DNA of 63,835 nt, the filler included, from Octopus bimaculoides (taxonomy: Eukaryota), in NCBI RefSeq assembly GCF_001194135.2. It is 6 parts of 5 records of this genome, joined end to end, with 100 filler letters (N's around TTAATTAATTAA, not from the genome) between each part and the next. Parts side by side here need not be neighbours in the genome. Positions count along the whole stretch, not along the records: positions 44,832 to 58,903 come from NC_068983.1; positions 59,004 to 60,740 come from NC_068995.1; positions 60,841 to 62,443 come from NW_026296907.1; positions 62,544 to 63,835 come from NW_026439994.1; 2 more parts are not named here. One strand, given 5' to 3'. This document shows, one piece after another, positions 50,370 to 63,229 of this stretch. The notes beneath the pieces are model-generated. The model was not told the DNA's origin and searched no databases. It saw nothing but the letters and a program-made list of their open reading frames with translations. Each line of letters starts with the position of its first letter. Position 1 is the stretch's first letter. The position numbers were made by a program, and so were the translations under genes.

Positions 50370-50610
50370 AGGAACTATATGTATATGAGTCATCATAGGA
50401 ACTATAGGTATGGCAATTATAGGAATTATATAGATGTGTGAAATTTATATGGGTGTGTTGGTCTTCTTAGAAACTACAGGTATGATAGTCATCATAGAGA
50501 TTATAGGTATGAATATTGTCACAGGAACTATAGCAATTATAGGGGTATGGCTATCATCATAGGATCTATAAGTGTGACAGTCATCGTGGAAACAATAGGT
50601 GTAAGTAGGA
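50370..50610. repeat. Degenerate minisatellite (unit ~AGTCATCATAGGAACTATAGGTATG)
   Basis: Recurring motif seen directly. Confidence 0.6.
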
Positions 50611-50713
50611 AAAGAATTAAAAAAAAATTTCACGTGGATCATACGGAGAGTAAATCACCAGAAAAAGTGTTTCTAAAAAGTACATTTGATCCGAGATATC
50701 ATGAGTAGAGTTG

Positions 50714-50754
<41 letters not shown>

Positions 50755-51054
50755 GGTCATAAATGCACACACCCAAAAACATACACATCCAAGCACGCAC
50801 ATGCAGATATACGAACGCTTACGCATGCACACACGCGCACATACACGAACACATACACACACGCGCACATACATGAACACACGCACGCACACACACATAT
50901 ATAGATAGCTTTTCATTTGAATGAAACCAATTCAGCCTCAGGTTCATGTAATTAACCTTGAAAGAAAATCGTAATTGCATGCTGATAATGGCGATGGTAA
51001 TGATCTTAATGCTGATGACGACGATGACAACTATGAAGCATTAACAACAACATC

Positions 51055-51220
<166 letters not shown>

Positions 51221-52611
51221 GTTGGGGACGTACAATTGTTTATAGTATTTCCAGATCATTTTAACATCAGACATATGGTTGATGCAAAACTGAGAACTTA
51301 GACACAAAACCTGAATTGAATCAGTCACTTTCGCTCTTCTGCGCTCTCATATACGATACCTTATATGCAAAACATACAGAGCAACCAATTATAGGAGAGA
51401 AGAATAAGCGTCCGTTAACTTATTTCTGTGACAGATTACAAATTTTCCAATAAAAAGTAAAAAGATAAACAAAGCAAAAACGAAGGAGATGCAAAATCAA
51501 AAATATAATAATAAATAGCTAAAACCCCATCTAGTTTTCATCACAGCTTTAATAAAATCAAAATGTGTCAGAAAGATTTCGTCCCAATAGTTTAAGAATA
51601 ATATATAAGAAACAAGGATGAGGAGTAATAGTAAGGAGGGCGGGATAAATAGCGGGAAAAGGGGGAGAATAAATAAAATAGAATTAAAAAAAAATAAAAT
51701 AAAAATGAAATAAAACTCTGAACGCAACGGAAGTCAGTCTAATGGGCCATGCTGTAATGAATTTATAATGCAATGCATGCCAACGGCGCAATCATCATAA
51801 CCGTGCTTTTTTGGCTTCCATTCAGAACATTACAACTTTGCGCCATCTGGCGAGAGAATACGTTAGCAAATAGTTAATGGCGACCGAAAAATAGGAAAGG
51901 CAAACATTTTATGGTGACTGAAAAGAAAAGAAAAAAATAATAATAAGTACAAATACAAGAACAAAATAGAAAAGAAAAGAAGAAAATGAAAAGAGTGAAA
52001 ATAACAAATTGGTTCAACACAAGGTGCAGAATTCTTCATGTTCAATGAGGCGTTTTTACATCCCCCCCCCAACTTTTATTTTTAAAAAACATGTCCATGA
52101 ACAATGGCTGTTGTTTTGCCGTGACTGTTTAGCTACTAGCCGCGCATCGATAGGGAGACCCAAGGGATCTAAAGCAGTATGGCTGTTATAAGGAGCAGTT
52201 AGGCTAGAGCAGGGAGAAAAATGACGAAATCAATCAACTTGAATGAATTGTTGATAGTTGGAAGACAGTGTTAACAAACAGGCTCTGTAACAGTTCCCTG
52301 GTAATCAATAACTGTTTGTTTCTTTTTACAACGCGACAATGATGTCTTTCAGATATGTGTATGTATATATACATATACATACAAAAATGGATACGTATAT
52401 ACACACACATACATACATACACACACATACACACACATACACACACACATATCACCTTACCTCTACCCTTTTCTCTCTCATTCTCTCTCTCTCTCTCTCT
52501 CACACATACACACACACATATGCACACATACATTATATATCAATTCATACGANNNNNNNNNNNNNNNNNNNNNNNNNNNNNNNNNNNNNNNNNNNNNNNN
52601 NNNNNNNNNNN

Positions 52612-52656
<45 letters not shown>

Positions 52657-52750
52657 CATACATATATGTATGTATGACTCGATAGGTATACATTAACGTG
52701 AAAGAGTATATGTGTTTTAGGTGTCTGTATGATCATCTGTCTATCTATCC

Positions 52751-52797
<47 letters not shown>

Positions 52798-53114
52798 CAT
52801 CCGTCTACCTACGCATGCGCACATGCATTTATATAATAACCGATCTTTAGAGAAAGCTATATTTTGTTTGTATCGAAGGAAATATTAAAATTACCATTCT
52901 TCTGGATTGTTTTCATAAATAAGGTACATGTGAAATAGTCTCAAGTAAGGCGATGTAAGCTGTGACATTTATACCTTTTACACTGTAACTGAAGAGAAAT
53001 TATTCCCGCCGGAACTGGAACATTACCCGAGTGAATACGCCTAACATCGACAAAAATACGCAAATTTGGAAAAATTTGTACGTCGTAGTGAAACGTGACT
53101 ACAAATGTTTCCAG

Positions 53115-55326
53115 CACATTTGTAGCTGTTTGCTTAAGATTTCCTCTTACAAAAGTTGCTTTAGTACACTTATCAAGGCCAAAATCCATCCCGATGTCGT
53201 TGCTGAACTCTTTAACAGTTGTTAACAGCCCTACTAGTTCGTCATTTCCAGCAAACAGCTTCAGATCATCCATTTAAAACAGATGATTTACTATAATATA
53301 ATTTCATTTTGAACCCACAGCTGGTGTTACTCAGTTCGTTTGAGAATGGGATCATTGCCATGCAAAAGAGTAATGGGGAGAGGAAGTCACCTTGAAAGAT
53401 ACCTCGTTTGATGTTAATGTTGTTAGATTGGCTCGTCTCATTACTATGGGTTAGGAGACGTGTATTTTGCAAGAATTTGGAGACTACACGGGAGATCTTT
53501 TATATCTCAATAGCCAATTATGTGGGACACAATCAAAAACTTTCTTGTAGTCTATCCATGCCATACTCAGGTTCTTCTTGTTGCACTGGCAATTCTCTAC
53601 AATTATTTTATTTATGAGTAATTGATCTTTGTATCCATAAGAATTCCTTTTACAACCTTTTTGAGTTTGTGGAAGGATAGAGTTCCGTTACAGGAAAGGA
53701 TATATTCTTTCAGTTAGTATGGATGCGAGGAACTTGTAGGTGGTTTTGAGACATGTAATTGGTCGGTAGTTCTTTGAATTTTTCGTGTCTTCAGTTTTTA
53801 GTAGAAGGTATGTTGTTTCTTCGGTCAGCCAGGCAGGTATTTGCTCTGGGTTCTGGATGACAGTTAGGGATGCAGCAAAATTTTGGTGTACTTCTGTCAA
53901 ACAATTCAGCCAGAAGTTAGGGATCCGGTTCAGTCCTGGGGTTCTTCATTTGTGAAACTTTCTAAGAACACATCTTAGCTCTTCTACTCCTATTACCTCC
54001 CATTTCTACTCTAACTTCATCCAGTCTCACTTTCTCAAGTTCTATCCAGTGAGCTTCAGTATTATATCCTTTTTTGTTGTTCCATATCTTTTTCCAGAAC
54101 TCTTCCATTTCCTTAGTCTTAGGTGGCTTCTTTACTTCTAACTTGCTTTTGCCAATTTCTCTGTAAAATTTTTTGCATCCGACTTGAATACCTTGTTTTG
54201 TTGATAAAATTCGATTCCCTTGTCATACTATCTAAGCGGTTGGGGTTTCAGTTGTATTCGTTGTTTCACTATTCCCTTGGTTACAGGGAGGTTTATAAAA
54301 TCTTTGATCTTTATAATTTTGCTTGATTTTTCTAACACGTTTCATCTTAGCATTTACTCCTCTAGCAAGTTCATTGAGAACTAATACATCCGCCCGCAAA
54401 ATTCGATCTCTTTTTGTACTTTCCACTTAGGAGGTCTATTGACATGGTTGGTCTTTTTCTGTGTCGCCCTGATACCTAATTGAGTAGCTACAACTTTAGC
54501 AGTGGAATAGATGAGGTTATTTAAGGTTGTTAGGCCACTTCTCTTATTTCTTAAGATCTGTTTAAGAGCAATATTATATATCATGATTATGTTGTTATTC
54601 TTTATGTTGTTTGAGAGCTTTGGTAGCAGTTCTCTATTGATTATGTCAGTAAACTCAGTCTTGCTGAGTTCTCTCATATCTTCTTTTGCTTCTATGATCT
54701 CTTTATTATTCACCTCAAATCCTGTGTCATATCTATTCTGGTGTTCTTGAGGCAGGTCTACTTTCTCCTCTTTTTCTGCATATCTGTTCTTCGCTGTTCT
54801 TTCTTCAGCTTCCTCGTTGGGATGTACTGCTCGTACACTGAGTTTTGTGCATCCGTTACCTATTTCATTTGCATTGTTGCTGTTTTCATTTGGTAAACCG
54901 TGAGATATTTGTGTCCTAATTTGGCTAATTTCAGCATCAGTTAACCTTTTATATTAATGATGTTTTTACGTACATTACTTAATTTATTTGCGTCTATATA
55001 TCTGCGTACTTCGTTGCCTATTAAGTTTCTCCACGAAGTGCATGTTTTTACAATGAGGTTATTGTTTGGGTTTAGTTTGGCTGTAGAGAAAGCTTTCAAC
55101 ACATCTTTATAATTCTCTCTAGTCCATTTTATGCGCTTTGCTTTAGGTGGAATTTTTGGTGGTGTCATTACAGGTCTAAGGTTGGGGTTATACTGGTTCT
55201 GGTTACCTGACAGTTCATTTTCTTTTGAGAGTTTGTTCCATCAGCAGACTTTTCGACCCCAGTCTGGTTCCCCACTGGGTAACGCGGTCCTTGTCCCGGG
55301 CGATGACTGATCCAGCATGAGTTTTG

Positions 55327-55327
<1 letters not shown>
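53115..55327 (-). mobile_element. R4/Dong-clade non-LTR retrotransposon, 5' end through RT, 3' part missing
   Basis: KWTRENY, DANKLSNVR, NYRPITCL, KDQLLINK, MAWIDYKKVFDCVPHNW, RGIFQGDFLSPLLF and MDDLKLF. Confidence 0.92.
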
Positions 55328-55383
<56 letters not shown>

Positions 55384-55384
55384 G

Positions 55385-55590
55385 GCTCAGTTTCGGTCTT
55401 ACTCCTAGTAGGAATTATGTGGGTAGCGGGTTACTACTTCTAACCTTAGGTATACACAAGTTTTCAGCAGTATTTCAAGTGCTTAGAACACTCCTGATAA
55501 TCCTTGCTATCTTTAAGAGACAAACTTTCCGAAGGAGCTCTACCAGGCATTCTATTTCACTTCCCTTCAATCATTTGTCTGTATCTTTGC
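55385..55590 (-). mobile_element. 3' end of an RLE-type (R4-like) element ending in (TAA)n
   Basis: ELLRKVCLLKIARIIRSVLST*, a short UTR, then (TAA)n. Confidence 0.7.
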
Positions 55591-55610
55591 TAATAATAAT
55601 AATAATAATA

Positions 55611-55681
<71 letters not shown>

Positions 55682-55740
55682 AATAATAATAATAATGATA
55701 ATAATAATAATAATTATTATTATTATTATTATTATTATTA
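55591..55740. repeat. (AAT)n-(GAT)n-(AAT)n-(TTA)n compound repeat
   Basis: Seen directly. Confidence 0.95.
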
Positions 55741-56148
55741 GCAGTTTAACCAGACGTCCTCTTTTCAGAACTATACTTTCATTGGCAGATTTTCTTTCAC
55801 TCCCAGCATACATCAGTAAAGTAATTTCCATATATTAACCTGTAATCGTTAAAATTAAATAATCAATTTTTAACATTGAAATATAAAACCACACACCATC
55901 AATATGCTAACAAATTTAATTGCCATGCCATTGGCTGCATTCACTATGTATACATTATTTGATAGCTATCGGCAATTAAGTTAGATGTCTTGGTGCTATT
56001 GACTTCCGTAGTTTCAGTTTTCTCTTTTACACTCAAGAATAATGCTGCCACAATTCTGACTCTCATTGTTTTAATATTAAATTTCTCGTATTATTCACGT
56101 GTAAGTACGGTACATTTGCATTATATACATTTCATTGTTGTTGCCAAA

Positions 56149-56193
<45 letters not shown>

Positions 56194-56807
56194 NNNNNNN
56201 NNNNNNNNNNNNNNNNNNNNNNNNNNNNNNNNNNNNNNNNNNNNNNNNNNNNNNNNNNNNNNNNNNNNNNNNNNNNNNNNNNNNNNNNNNNNNNNNNNNN
56301 NNNNNNNNNNNNNNNNNNNNNNNNNNNNNNNNNNNNNNNNNNNNNNNNNNNNNNNNNNNNNNNNNNNNNNNNNNNNNNNNNNNNNNNNNNNNNNNNNNNN
56401 NNNNNNNNNNNNNNNNNNNNNNNNNNNNNNNNNNNNNNNNNNNNNNNNNNNNNNNNNNNNNNNNNNNNNNNNNNNNNNNNNNNNNNNNNNNNNNNNNNNN
56501 NNNNNNNNNNNNNNNNNNNNNNNNNNNNNNNNNNNNNNNNNNNNNNNNNNNNNNNNNNNNNNNNNNNNNNNNNNNNNNNNNNNNNNNNNNNNNNNNNNNN
56601 NNNNNNNNNNNNNNNNNNNNNNNNNNNNNNNNNNNNNNNNNNNNNNNNNNNNNNNNNNNNNNNNNNNNNNNNNNNNNNNNNNNNNNNNNNNNNNNNNNNN
56701 NNNNNNNNNNNNNNNNNNNNNNNNNNNNNNNNNNNNNNNNNNNNNNNNNNNNNNNNNNNNNNNNNNNNNNNNNNNNNNNNNNNNNNNNNNNNNNNNNNNN
56801 NNNNNNN

Positions 56808-56849
<42 letters not shown>

Positions 56850-56926
56850 ACGATATTATTTCTAAAAATAATAATGTTAGTGGCCGCGAGTGTAAAGCCG
56901 TATATGTATATGTATATATATATACA

Positions 56927-57460
56927 TTCGTTTTGGAATGGTGAAAGTCGGAGCAGATAAAGCTATAGATAGCGTGTAATCGTTGGGTTAAAAAAGACCT
57001 GTGGATAGAAAAACTCGAAAACTGTCCGTGGGAGTTGAAACCCACATTTTCAGTAGAAATGACAGACGTTCTACCACTGGACCAATGCAATCTTTTGAAT
57101 TTTTCCATATTAGAAACTTCATTCTTACCAGTGAGAATTGTATGTTGTTGACGTCATAAGAGTTTAGAAACGTCGGATTTCCAAAAACAATTATTTCTCG
57201 TTGTCTCGAAGTTTCTGAATTACTGAGATCAACAGCAGGAAATTCTCGTTGGTAAGAATAAAGTTTCTAAAATGGACAGAGAAATTCAAAGGATTACTTT
57301 GGTCTAATGCTACAACGTCTATCATGTTCACGAAAGATGTGAGTTCGACACCCACGGACACCCTTCGACTTTTTCCGTCAAAAGGTTCTATTAACCCAAT
57401 TATTTACACGCTATTATTTATAGCTGTATTTGCTTCGAGTTTTACCGTTCGAAAAAGGAA
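56927..57460. repeat. ~530-bp imperfect foldback with ~250-bp arms containing tRNA-like boxes
   Basis: For example TAGAAACTTCATTCTTACCAGTGAGAATT pairs with AATTCTCGTTGGTAAGAATAAAGTTTCTA. Confidence 0.85.
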
Positions 57461-57514
57461 TTATTTCAGGTTCTCTAGAAAGTTCCTAAATTATTTCGAC
57501 AATAACAGGAATGA

Positions 57515-58110
57515 CTGTGTGAAAAGGAGCTTGCTTCTCAACTATATGGTTCCGGGTTCAGACCACTGCGTGGGCACTTAGGGCTAAACACGCAGGAGAC
57601 AAACAAGGACAGACAAAGGGATTAAGTCAATTACATCGACCCCAGTGCGTAACTGGTACATATTTAATCGACCCCGAAAGGATGAAAGGCCTAGTCGACC
57701 TCGGCGGAATTTGAATTCAGAACGTAACGGCAGACGAAATACCGCTAAGCATTTCGCCCGGCTTGCTAACGATACTGCCAGCTTGCCGCCCTAGTGTATT
57801 TGATTATAGCCTCGAGCCGACTTGAGACTTTGAGTAGATTTGGTATACGGAGACTGAAAGACGTCCGTCGTATGTATCTATATATATACACAAGCACATG
57901 TGTGTGTGTCTTTGTGTCTGTGTTTGTCACCCCGCACACCGCTTTACAACTGGTATTGGTGTGTTTACGTCACTGTAATTTAGCGGTTCGGTAAAAGATA
58001 TCGATAGAATAAGTGCGAGGCTTCAAAAGAAGTACTGGGATCGATTCACTGAACTAAAAATTGTTCAAGAGGTGCTCCAGCATGGCCACAGTCTAATGGC
58101 GAACAAGTAA
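57515..58110 (+). mobile_element. SINE family B interrupted by family A
   Basis: The B head is broken at GGCACTT and resumes at AGTGTATTTGATTATAGCC. Confidence 0.8.
57581..57792 (-). mobile_element. SINE family A nested in family B
   Basis: Near-consensus copy. Confidence 0.9.
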
Positions 58111-58211
58111 AAAATAAAACACGCACACATACACATACAGACACACACGCATGCGCACGCACACACACACACGCACACACACACACACACATGCACACAC
58201 ACACACAAACA

Positions 58212-58259
<48 letters not shown>

Positions 58260-58280
58260 NNNNNNNNNNNNNNNNNNNNN

Positions 58281-58329
<49 letters not shown>

Positions 58330-58387
58330 GTAAGAATAATAAGAAGCATGACATTGCAATCTGTTTAGTTCAATCTGTTTAGTTCGT

Positions 58388-58533
58388 ATCAGTTACGATC
58401 GCTCCAGCGATCGATAATCAAGATCGATGAATAATTAATCACATATTATAAATTACAACTTATAAAATATGTAATAAGTTGTTAATTATGATTTGTAATT
58501 ATTCATCGATCTTAATTAACGATCCTAACGGAT
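58388..58533. repeat. GATC-rich palindrome/hairpin
   Basis: Perfect 18-bp inverted repeat at 58420-58437 and 58496-58513, with inner and outer extensions. Confidence 0.85.
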
Positions 58534-58745
58534 GTGAAATAAAGGAAATGTCAACTTCCTACTTCCTGTTATTGCCTCATAATATATCTGGTCTTCTAAT
58601 AGCCTTGTAGTGTTTGTATGTTCCTTTACCAGATCATGTTGACAGAGGAAGTTTAACAGGGATTCTATTAGCAGCCGGAAGCGGTTCGGTAATTTGTCGC
58701 GCATCTAGCGCGTGTATTTCCTCTGTATATGTATACCCAACGCAC

Positions 58746-58804
<59 letters not shown>

Positions 58805-59003
58805 GTTTTGCATTTGGCTTGCAAGATTCTTTATGTATATTCGTGCGTTGAAACAAGTTAAACCAACGACCAATCACTTAATTGGATAGATATTTAACTA
58901 TTTNNNNNNNNNNNNNNNNNNNNNNNNNNNNNNNNNNNNNNNNNNNNTTAATTAATTAANNNNNNNNNNNNNNNNNNNNNNNNNNNNNNNNNNNNNNNNN
59001 NNN

Positions 59004-59760
59004 GTGCAATCCAATTTTTCACTTTTACTTTCAGTAAATAAATGTTTCGCATATTGATAGGGATTGTTCACAAAGCTACAATAGTTCTTTTCTCTCTCCT
59101 TTCTTCTGTTCTTCCTTCTTTCTTTTCTCAGTAGTTCTCGATGCCTCTTTTTTATCTTTCATATAGCTGCTTTAGCCCTTCTCTTTCCTCCTCCTTTGCA
59201 TCCCTCCATCTGGTTCTGAGTTTTTTTCTTCTCTTCTCGAATCTTTGCAATCCGTCTTTCTCTCCTCGATGGTCCGCTCTTTGCCGGTGATTCTACCTTC
59301 TCTGTTGTTTCCAGTCCAAATCTTTTCTCTCCTTCCTGGTAGATTGTATAAGCCAGGTTCTCAAGCTTTTGTTCGTCGTCACCTTTGAATTTGGTGGTCA
59401 TTCTTGATACCTTGTTGTTGAATTTTTTATAACTCGCTGCGTCATTTGCTTTCGGCCACTTAATCTTTGTCTTCTTCACGCCTATCACTGTTTGTGACTG
59501 TTCTAATTCAACTGTGGAATGTCCCTCACTATGGTTATTTTCCAGGAGGTTCTGGCCACACGACTTACGATTCATCAACCCGCGCTGTTGAATTACTTTC
59601 TTCTGACATACCTTCCCTTGGTGGATTCTGAGCCCGACGTAACTAGCAAACACCTTTCCGCAGCAGCTGAATTCCTCATCTACCAATCCTTTACCGCATC
59701 CTTTCTCATTATCCATTTCTGGTCCAAGTCTGTTTCGTTTTTTTCCGTCCCTATTTGCAT
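59004..59760 (-). mobile_element. HERO-like RLE non-LTR retrotransposon N-terminus
   Basis: CCGKVF..YVGLRIHQGKVC zinc finger, IKWP, IYQEGEKRFG, PSRRERRIAKIR and NPYQYAK. Confidence 0.75.
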
Positions 59761-60011
59761 GGCACAAAAGATTATACAGCAACTGTGTATATACTAGCTG
59801 GACCCATGAAAAATTCAAGGAAAATATTAAAAATGTAGAAATGATCTAATTATAAATCTCAGAGAGAGACATAAGCAGCAGTGTTACGATAAAGCAGTTG
59901 TTTACTGTCAACNNNNNNNNNNNNNNNNNNNNNNNNNNNNNNNNNNNNNNNNNNNNNNNNNNNNNNNNNNNNNNNNNNNNNNNNNNNNNNNNNNNNNNNN
60001 NNNNNNNNNNN

Positions 60012-60400
60012 NTTTTTATTTGTTACCTTATAACTCTTCTCAATTTCTTTTTTCAGTAAATCATTGTATTTTTGTCTGGTTAATTTATAAATGTTTCCTG
60101 TTTTGTCAGATTTCACCAGAGTCCTGTCAGTGTTCCTTATTTCCTTAGTGATTCCTACTAGATGTCTTAAGTGCTGGTTCATGCTTGATGATTTATTAAA
60201 TTTAATGTTCTTGACTACAGACCAAATGTCTTCTTCAAATTTGTCTAATTTGTGGTTATATGGTGGATTCCTTCTAGACTTAAACAATCTCTTGTATCTT
60301 GATTCATCTTTAGACGTTATTGGGTTGTTCTTTTTTATCAAGACGTGTAAGGCAAATTATATGTTTGACTTAAATTTGACAGTCAAATATAGCCTTATAC
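60012..60400 (-). mobile_element. Penelope-like element ORF N-terminal fragment
   Basis: FKSRRNPP..KLDKFEEDIW..VKNIKF and LVKSDKTGNIY..KYNDLL. Confidence 0.8.
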
Positions 60401-60435
60401 AGAAATGTTGACATAGAAATAAATTTCAATAATAA

Positions 60436-60477
<42 letters not shown>

Positions 60478-60840
60478 TTCATATCATGTATTCTTGCCCA
60501 GTCGCCAAATGATGGTGATGCATTGCTAAGTTAAGATTCTCTCGTTTTTTTGATCTTTCATACATTCATTCACCATTAACACTTTAAATGTATTGTTTAC
60601 TAACAGCTAATTTTCAGAAGCTAACTAATTAAATTAAGATAATTACTCATTTCTTGGCTTCTTTAATTTCTCGCTTCTTCGGTTTAATTTCTCATCCGCC
60701 ATGAATATTCTGAATGTATTATTATTACTACTACTTTCCCNNNNNNNNNNNNNNNNNNNNNNNNNNNNNNNNNNNNNNNNNNNNTTAATTAATTAANNNN
60801 NNNNNNNNNNNNNNNNNNNNNNNNNNNNNNNNNNNNNNNN

Positions 60841-61152
60841 TTGTAAGCCTAGTATTCATTCTATCGGTCTCTCTTGCCGAACCGCTAAGTTACGGGGACG
60901 TAACACACACCATCATCGGTTGTCAAGCGATGTTGGGGGCCCAAACAAAGACACACAGACATATACACACATACATATATATACACATATATACGACGGG
61001 CTTTCAGTTTCCGTCTACCAAATCCACTCACAAGGCTTTGGTCGGCCCGAGGCTATATTAGAAGACACTTGCCCAAAGTGCCACGCAGTAGGAATGAACC
61101 CGAAACATTTGTGGTTGGTAAGCAATGTACTTACCACACAGCCACTCCTGCA
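60841..61152 (-). mobile_element. SINE family B, near-consensus
   Basis: Complete head, core and tail. Confidence 0.9.
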
Positions 61153-61599
61153 CCTGTGAATATCATGTGAATATCATGTGAATATTGTTAATATGTAATG
61201 TAGACGGCTTGCTGAATAGATTTTTATGGACCTTCAGAACAAGAAACCAGGAAAATATGTTGATCTACTTGAAGACATTTGTCTTAAAGACGCCTAGGTT
61301 ATTGCCTCCAATTCTGGTGATCGAACAGAGTAAAACTGATGTAGAAACTTGAAGCGATCCAACGTTGCTACAACTCAATTAATCAGTTAATGGGAAAAAA
61401 AGAAAATGTTAAATCTCTCATTCTTTGAGCGAGACGTGAAAGCCATGCAAAAAGTATGCCTGGGAAGGACTTGCCACAAACTGGGACATTGAACGCTTTG
61501 CTACTTTCCGAACTGGGCACTACTGCGTAATACCAAAGATCTCGTAATTGTAACCGTGCTTTAGGGACGGATTGCGGAATAGCTTAGGGTTCAAAAGAC

Positions 61600-62315
61600 T
61601 TTAGCTGTTTGAATTTCAACCAAAAGCCACTAATAATGAATAAGAATGCTGGTGGAATGTACCGATGAAGACCTGAATAAATAAAATATAAGCACAACAG
61701 ACCTGATATAATGATTTGGGATAGAGGAGAGAAGCTGTGCATAGTTCTGGAAATTAGCTGCCCAGCCGATGTTAATATAAAGCTGAAGATCAGAGAAAAA
61801 GAGATCACCTATACTGAACTATTGAGAAATCTGCAGTTACTCTATCCAGATTACAAGTTCAGGTTTATACCTGTAATTATCGAGGCCCTGGGATACGTAA
61901 AACACTGCCTAAATACCAATCTTAAGAAATTAGGCTTCTCGAAACCAGAAATGAGAAAGCTAATTCGAAGACTACAGATCCACTCCGTCATTGGAACTGT
62001 AAAAATCTGTAAAACTTTCCAGAAGTTTATTATTTAAATAAATGAGCATGTTTAGATATGCAACTATATGCATGAGAATACATATATAAAACATACAAAT
62101 CTGCACATAGATAGATAGAGAGATAGATAGGCAGATAGATAGATAGATAGATACATAGATAGATACATACATACATACATCCATACATACATACATAGAA
62201 ACAAAAATACCCTGTTGCTGATGTTGAAATTCCAATGGACACATCTTGGATCTAGATTAGAAACCAGCTCTATTGGCACGGAATCTTGAAATAAAACCGA
62301 ACAATGACATACATT
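61600..62315 (+). mobile_element. R4/NeSL-type RLE LINE 3' end with UTR
   Basis: WWNVP, HNRPDIMIWD, LEISCP, EKEITY and IPVIIEALG. The UTR ends in GACATACA. Confidence 0.88.
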
Positions 62316-63229
62316 TATATATTATATACAATACATAAATATCATATAAAATAATCATTATAAATATAATATATATGTAATATATTCATATAGTATATAT
62401 GTATATATATATATATGTATATGTATATATATATATATGTATGNNNNNNNNNNNNNNNNNNNNNNNNNNNNNNNNNNNNNNNNNNNNTTAATTAATTAAN
62501 NNNNNNNNNNNNNNNNNNNNNNNNNNNNNNNNNNNNNNNNNNNATAGTCGACCCAGTTCAAATCCACATCCTGAAGTTTATATAGCCATATATGTGTATA
62601 CTCATTTTTCATTATATGTGTGAAGGTATCTATAACGAATCTATTGAATCCTATTCATTTTGTCATATGTACCCGTACAAGTATGGGCAATTACTGATAT
62701 ACACATATGTATGTTCTAACTTATGATTATACCAGCATACTCGGATTACTATATATAACCTAATATACATATACACANNNNNNNNNNAACCTAATATACA
62801 TATACACATGTACACACACACACACATATATATATATTCATACACACATAAAAATATATGCATATAGATACATAGACTCACATATACATACATACATGCA
62901 TATATATACATACATATACATAGCATACATACACATGTGCGCACACACATACATATGTGTGTATATATACATACACGTACAGATATGTGTACAAAAAACA
63001 ATGGTAATATATATACACACATATACATGTATACATGCATACAATCATAACTCACTTACTATATGCTTTCATTTATACATTTGTATATATAAAAAAATTA
63101 TGATATAATACAGCAACAACAACAACACTAATAAATATTATTAAATATTATGTCAGTATGGGTTTGGAAATTAAGTACTAGTGGTATTTGGAGAAGATAT
63201 ACTTAGTTTTATGAAGACAGGAAATGTTG

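Noticed and set aside
61160-61590. Upstream continuation of the RLE LINE, or an RTE fragment
   Set aside because: No frame gave convincing motifs; left unassigned.
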